NCBI GenBank assembly: GCA_044229975.1
Contig: JBGARZ010000002.1
Coordinates: 160,001-224,000 of the forward strand
Origin: Polyangiales bacterium
Lineage (GTDB): Bacteria; Myxococcota_A; Polyangia; Polyangiales; Ga0077539
Length of the DNA stretch: 64,000 nt
Direction: 5' to 3'
The notes beneath the pieces were generated by a model. That model was not told the DNA's origin. It ran no database searches and saw nothing but the letters and a program-made list of their open reading frames with translations. Positions within the stretch are counted from its first letter, which is position 1. Each line of letters opens with the position of its first letter. Made by a program: the position numbers and the translations under genes. Below, in pieces: positions 59,820-64,000 of this stretch.

Positions 59820-60743
59820 CTACCGGACGGCCGGGTCTTCGGTGGTCGGTGCCACCGGAGACCGGGACGCCGCGCTCTCGGCGAGCATCTCCAGCGCCGC
59901 GAGCTGCGGAGCATCGTCTTCGGACACGGGCGCCGAGTCGCCGCTCCACACCGCAAGCAATCGATTGAGCGCCTCGACGAAGCCCGCGAGGTCGCTCACC
60001 CCTTCGAGGGCCGTCACCGTCGCTGCCGACGGGATCTTCTTCGCGCGCCGGTAGGCGTCGAGCACCCACGACACCCACTGCGGGTCGCGCTTGAGCAGCG
60101 CGAGCTTGAGCGCGTACTCCGTGATGCGCGCGAGGTACGCGGGGTCGATCTCCCCCGCCGCGATGCGCTCTTCGGCCTCTTCGGCCGCGCGGCGCAGGAT
60201 GCGGTCGGCCTCGGCGTACTTCCCCTGCGGGAGCGCGCGATCCATGAAGTCGCCGAACATCTGCGCGATCCACGCGCGACGCACCGGCATGCTGATGCCC
60301 GGAACGGTCTCCTCTTCGCGCACCGCCGTCACCGCGTGGCCGCAGTGCGGGCACACGAGCGGCCCCTCCGGAAACGGCGTCTTGCACCGCGCGCAGAGCC
60401 GCATCGCGCCCGTCGACCGCGGCGCAAACTGGGACGTCTCCATCCGGAAGAACACCAGCTCCTGCGCGCCGAGGCGCAGCCGGTCTTGATCGACGAGCAC
60501 CTGCGACCCGGTCATGGGGCGGCCGTTGATGCGCGAGCCGTTGCGGCTGCCGAGGTCGTGGAAGGTCACCACGCCCTGCTCGACGACGATGCGCGCGTGC
60601 TGCCGCGAGATGAGCGGGTCTTCGATGGTGATGTGACAGTCTGGGCTACGACCCAGCACCGTCTCACCCGGCGGGAGGTCGTGCTCCTGAAGCAGGAACC
60701 TGAGACGGAATCTCACCACGATGGCGATCCTATTCGGGTCCAA
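59820..60743 (-). CDS. FHA-domain protein with zinc ribbon
   Basis: LGRS..C...DPLISRQHA...DLGSRNG..ING; CARC...CPHCG. Confidence 0.9.
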   Translation of the reverse strand: MDPNRIAIVVRFRLRFLLQEHDLPPGETVLGRSPDCHITIEDPLISRQHARIVVEQGVVTFHDLGSRNGSRINGRPMTGSQVLVDQDRLRLGAQELVFFRMETSQFAPRSTGAMRLCARCKTPFPEGPLVCPHCGHAVTAVREEETVPGISMPVRRAWIAQMFGDFMDRALPQGKYAEADRILRRAAEEAEERIAAGEIDPAYLARITEYALKLALLKRDPQWVSWVLDAYRRAKKIPSAATVTALEGVSDLAGFVEALNRLLAVWSGDSAPVSEDDAPQLAALEMLAESAASRSPVAPTTEDPAVR

Positions 60744-60789
60744 CTGACGGGGTCAACGCGAGAATGCTCATGGTAGGTTGCGCTCCGGA

Positions 60790-61056
60790 ATGACCGTCGT
60801 AGCTGCCAGCGGTGGGGTGCGTGCGCTGCACGCCGTGATGGACTCAGTGCTCGCGCCGATGGTGGCGCGTGACGGCGGAGAGCTGCGGTGGGTTCAGCGC
60901 GTGGGTGACGTGGTGGAGGTCTCCCTTACCGGCGCCTGCATCGGTTGCCCGGGGCAGCGCGACACCGTCGAGGGTGTGTTGCTCCCGACGCTTCGCAGCG
61001 TCGACCCGACGGTGTCCTCCGTGCGGGTCGTCGCTCCGTTGCTCCGCCGCGCCTGA
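60790..61056 (+). CDS. NifU/NfuA C-terminal domain protein
   Basis: PMVARDGG...V.LTGACIGCP (CxxC). Confidence 0.8.
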   Translation: MTVVAASGGVRALHAVMDSVLAPMVARDGGELRWVQRVGDVVEVSLTGACIGCPGQRDTVEGVLLPTLRSVDPTVSSVRVVAPLLRRA

Positions 61057-61065
61057 CCGTGCAGG

Positions 61066-62040
61066 TCAGAAGCCGAGGCCGCCCAAGGGGTCCTCGTCGG
61101 GCGGCGGTCGGCCCGGTCCGGCGTCGTTGCCGGGGCGAACGCCCGTGCCCGAGGGGGCCGGGATGTTGGCGCTCGCGGCGGCGCCTGCGTCGGACGTCTG
61201 TACGCGACGGATCTTGCCCGTGATGCGATCGACGATGTCGGCGTTGGCGTCGCCCGTGGTGTTGCCCGTCTCGGGGAGCGCGTTGTTGGAAACGGTGGCC
61301 GTGCGGGTGGTGCGTACGGGCACGTTGCGGCGCAGCGTCGTGAGCTGTGCCACCGTCGCCGACTCCTCGTAGACGAGACAGAACGCGTTGTAGAAGGTCG
61401 TCGCGTCGACGATGTGGAGGCGGGAGGTGTCGTCGCGCCACTCGATCGTGCGCAGGCGCGGGCCGTCGTTGACCCGCCGGCCTGAGCCGAAGATGGTCTC
61501 GAGCTGCGTCGCGAAATCGTCGAAGTTGATGCGCGCGCCCGCGGTGTTGCGCGCCTGCACGCGCTTCCACAGCCGGTCGTTGATGAAGAAGAAGAACTCG
61601 CGGTTGCCGCGCGTGTCCTCGTAGACCAGCATCGACTCGTTGTTGTTGTGCGTGTACTCCTCGCCGATAAACGACGTGTCCCACCGTCGGTGCGGCGTCG
61701 TCCCGTCGAACTCCACGTAGGTGCGCTCGATCGCCCTGATCTCGGCGTCGCGCTGTTCGACCATGCGGTACTGCTCGACGGTGCCGAGGTTGCGCATGCG
61801 CGGCGCGTAGCTCGCCCGGATGCTCTGGCGGAACGACTCCAGCACCTGCTCGTGGTTGATGCCCCAGCGCAGCGCACCGAGCTCCTGCGCGATGCGCGGA
61901 GACACGGGTGGCTCGGCCGGCGCCACGACGGCGGGCGGGCGTCGCGGGCCGCGCTGCGGGCGTCGCGGTTGCGACGCTCCGGTGAGGGCGACCGCCGACG
62001 TGAGGAACGACACCAATCCGATGGCGAGCAGCTTTCGCAT
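61066..62040 (-). CDS. Exported hypothetical protein
   Basis: Signal peptide MRKLLAIGLVSFLTSAVALTGA; globular core with FFFINDRLWK; ends DPLGGLGF. Confidence 0.8.
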   Translation of the reverse strand: MRKLLAIGLVSFLTSAVALTGASQPRRPQRGPRRPPAVVAPAEPPVSPRIAQELGALRWGINHEQVLESFRQSIRASYAPRMRNLGTVEQYRMVEQRDAEIRAIERTYVEFDGTTPHRRWDTSFIGEEYTHNNNESMLVYEDTRGNREFFFFINDRLWKRVQARNTAGARINFDDFATQLETIFGSGRRVNDGPRLRTIEWRDDTSRLHIVDATTFYNAFCLVYEESATVAQLTTLRRNVPVRTTRTATVSNNALPETGNTTGDANADIVDRITGKIRRVQTSDAGAAASANIPAPSGTGVRPGNDAGPGRPPPDEDPLGGLGF

Positions 62041-62231
62041 GAAACCTCTGTTTCCCTTCCGCGGAGCGGACCATACCTCATCGCGCGCCGGGGGATTCAA
62101 CGCCCTTCTGACACCCGACGTCGAAGCGGTTTGGTGGACGCCCCCGTCGGGTGGATGATTCACCCTGCGGCGGTTGCGCCGCCGACCCCGCGCAGCCATT
62201 GATGCCGCCGCTCCCGCGAAAGGTCCTCCGA

Positions 62232-63530
62232 ATGCGCCCCGCCCGACTGCTCTCTGGCCTCCCCGTCGCCCTGCTCGCCGCCGCGCTCGTGGCCGTGCCG
62301 TCGACCGCCCACGCGGCCGACCTCTTCTCCACCGCCCTGCAACGCTATGGGCTCGTCGCCGCCCTCGGCTCGGCCTTCCTCGTGGGCCTCATGACCGCCG
62401 CGACGCCGTGCGTCTATCCGATGATCGCCATCACCGTGTCGGTCTTCGGCGCGCGTCGCGAGACCCGCGGGCGCGCCATGTGGCTCTCCACGGCCTTCGT
62501 GCTCGGGCTCGCGGCGCTGTTCGTCCCGCTCGGTCTCTTCGCGGGGCTCACCGGCACCGTCGCCGGTCGCCTCGCGGGCTCTCCCTGGGTGCAGGGCTTC
62601 GAGGCCTTCCTCATGCTCGGCATGGCCCTCAACATGTTCGGGCTCTTCGAGATCTCGCTCCCATCCTCGCTGCAAGATCGCCTCTCCCTCGTCGGCGGCC
62701 TCGGCGCGCGCGGGGCCTTCCTCGTGGGCTTCGCGACGGGCCCCATCGCCGCGCCCTGCGCCACCGCCGGCCTCGTCGGCATACTCGACTACGTATTCCA
62801 GCAGCGCGACGTCGCGGGCGGCGGCCTCGCCCTCTTCTCATACTCGCTCGGCCTCGGGCTGCCCTTCTGGCTCGTCGGCTCCCTCTCCCTCGGGCTCCCC
62901 AAGCCGGGCCTCTGGATGGACCGCGTGAAGAGCGTCTTCGGCGTCGTCCTGGTCGTGCTCGGGCTCTACTACCTGCGCCACATCGTCCCGGTCATCGCGG
63001 TGCCCCCGCGCGGCCTGCCCACGAGCCGGTGGTTCTTCCTCGCCCTCCTCGCCGCGGGCCTCGCCGTCGGCGCCGTGCACCTCTCCCTCAAGGAGGGCAC
63101 CGCCGCGCAGCGCGCCCGCAAGGTCGTCGGCGTCGCCCTCGCGGCCATCGGCGGCCTCTGGCTCGTCGCGTACGAGCCGCCCGCACCCACCATCGCCTGG
63201 GTCGCCCCCTCCGCCGACCTCGCCGCAGTGGCGCGGCAGCGGCACCAGCCCGTTCTCGTGGACTTCGGCGCGACCTGGTGCGCCGCCTGCGAAGAGCTGC
63301 TTCGTCACACCTTCTCCGACGAGGCCGTGCGCCGCGAAGCCGCTCGCTTCGTCACGGTGCGCGTTGACGCGACGGAGAGCACGCCCGCCATCGACGCGCT
63401 CCAGGCGCGTCACCACGTGCGCGGACTCCCGACGGTGCTGCTCTTCGATTCGTCGGGACGCGAGGTCGCGCGGGTCTCGGAGTTCATCCCGGCGCCGCGC
63501 ATGCTCCAGCTCATGCGAGGCGTGAACTGA
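62232..63530 (+). CDS. dsbD: DsbD/CcdA-type disulfide reductase with thioredoxin domain
   Basis: TPCVYPMI and APC membrane cysteines, multiple TM helices, VDFGATWCAAC, GLPT; no N-terminal alpha domain evident. Confidence 0.88.
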   Translation: MRPARLLSGLPVALLAAALVAVPSTAHAADLFSTALQRYGLVAALGSAFLVGLMTAATPCVYPMIAITVSVFGARRETRGRAMWLSTAFVLGLAALFVPLGLFAGLTGTVAGRLAGSPWVQGFEAFLMLGMALNMFGLFEISLPSSLQDRLSLVGGLGARGAFLVGFATGPIAAPCATAGLVGILDYVFQQRDVAGGGLALFSYSLGLGLPFWLVGSLSLGLPKPGLWMDRVKSVFGVVLVVLGLYYLRHIVPVIAVPPRGLPTSRWFFLALLAAGLAVGAVHLSLKEGTAAQRARKVVGVALAAIGGLWLVAYEPPAPTIAWVAPSADLAAVARQRHQPVLVDFGATWCAACEELLRHTFSDEAVRREAARFVTVRVDATESTPAIDALQARHHVRGLPTVLLFDSSGREVARVSEFIPAPRMLQLMRGVN

Positions 63531-63533
63531 CCC

Positions 63534-64000
63534 ATGCGATCCGTCGCCGTCCTCGCTGCCGTCGTCCTGCTGTCGTCGTGCGTCGACGAACCGGTCGCGA
63601 TGGACGGCGGGCCGATGGACGCCGGTCAGTGCAACGTCGGCGCTCCGTCGCTGCTGGAGATCGGAACCAGCACCGACAGCTCGCTGCGCACCTACCGCAC
63701 GCTCACGGACAACGACCCGGTGGTGCTCGTCCCGGGTCCGCAGGGCGGCCAGCACATCTGGATCGGCGTGCGCGGTCGCGGCTTCGACCCGGCCCTTCCC
63801 CGCTTCGAGATGCGCGCCTATCGCCCCTCCGACAACGCCCTCGTGGGCAGGCTCCGCATCCGCCTGCCGATGAGCCCGGCGCCCGAAGACCCGACGCTCC
63901 TCGCCCTCCCCTCGCAGACCCTCGTCATCGACGACTCGGCCTACTGCACCCTCCTCGGAGGCGACGTGCGCGTCGAGCTCGACTTCAACGACCTCGCCGG
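63534..64000 (+). CDS. Putative lipoprotein (truncated by the window end)
   Basis: MRSVAVLAAVVLLSSC lipobox; GPQGGQHIW motif; frame open to the edge. Confidence 0.75.
   Translation, partial: MRSVAVLAAVVLLSSCVDEPVAMDGGPMDAGQCNVGAPSLLEIGTSTDSSLRTYRTLTDNDPVVLVPGPQGGQHIWIGVRGRGFDPALPRFEMRAYRPSDNALVGRLRIRLPMSPAPEDPTLLALPSQTLVIDDSAYCTLLGGDVRVELDFNDLA

Overview
A very GC-rich bacterial chromosome segment. The gene content (several Ser/Thr kinases, TPR/PEGA proteins, Cys-rich lipoproteins, a J-domain-TPR protein, an FHA protein, a fatty acyl-AMP ligase) points to a myxobacterium, probably Polyangiales-like; this is inference. Housekeeping genes include carA-carB (carB runs off the left edge), sbcD-sbcC, fabH, a 2-oxoacid dehydrogenase E1 alpha/beta pair, bfd-bfr, larB, mazG, an ArsR-methyltransferase regulator with metH, trpD, dsbD, tRNA-Val(CAC) and tRNA-Glu(TTC). 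The best candidate for an undescribed system is at about 20.3-24.0 kb. It has an XRE-type HTH gene with a divergent small ORF, paired operator-like inverted repeats, a small acidic ORF, a phage-type single-strand annealing protein (RecT/Red-beta-like) and a Cas4/Exo5-like Fe-S PD-(D/E)XK nuclease. No integrase, structural phage genes or CRISPR array accompany it, so it may be a domesticated, regulated two-component recombination module. Other oddities are a tandem PilU-PilT fusion ATPase, a eukaryote/Bacteroidota-type carbamoyl-phosphate synthase, a kinase followed by a TPR-PEGA-TonB receptor fusion behind a Fur-like box, a pseudokinase, and a TrpD with altered active-site motifs. All calls come from reading motifs by eye; no database searches were run. 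Most long overlapping ORFs in the supplied track are GC-rich shadow ORFs.
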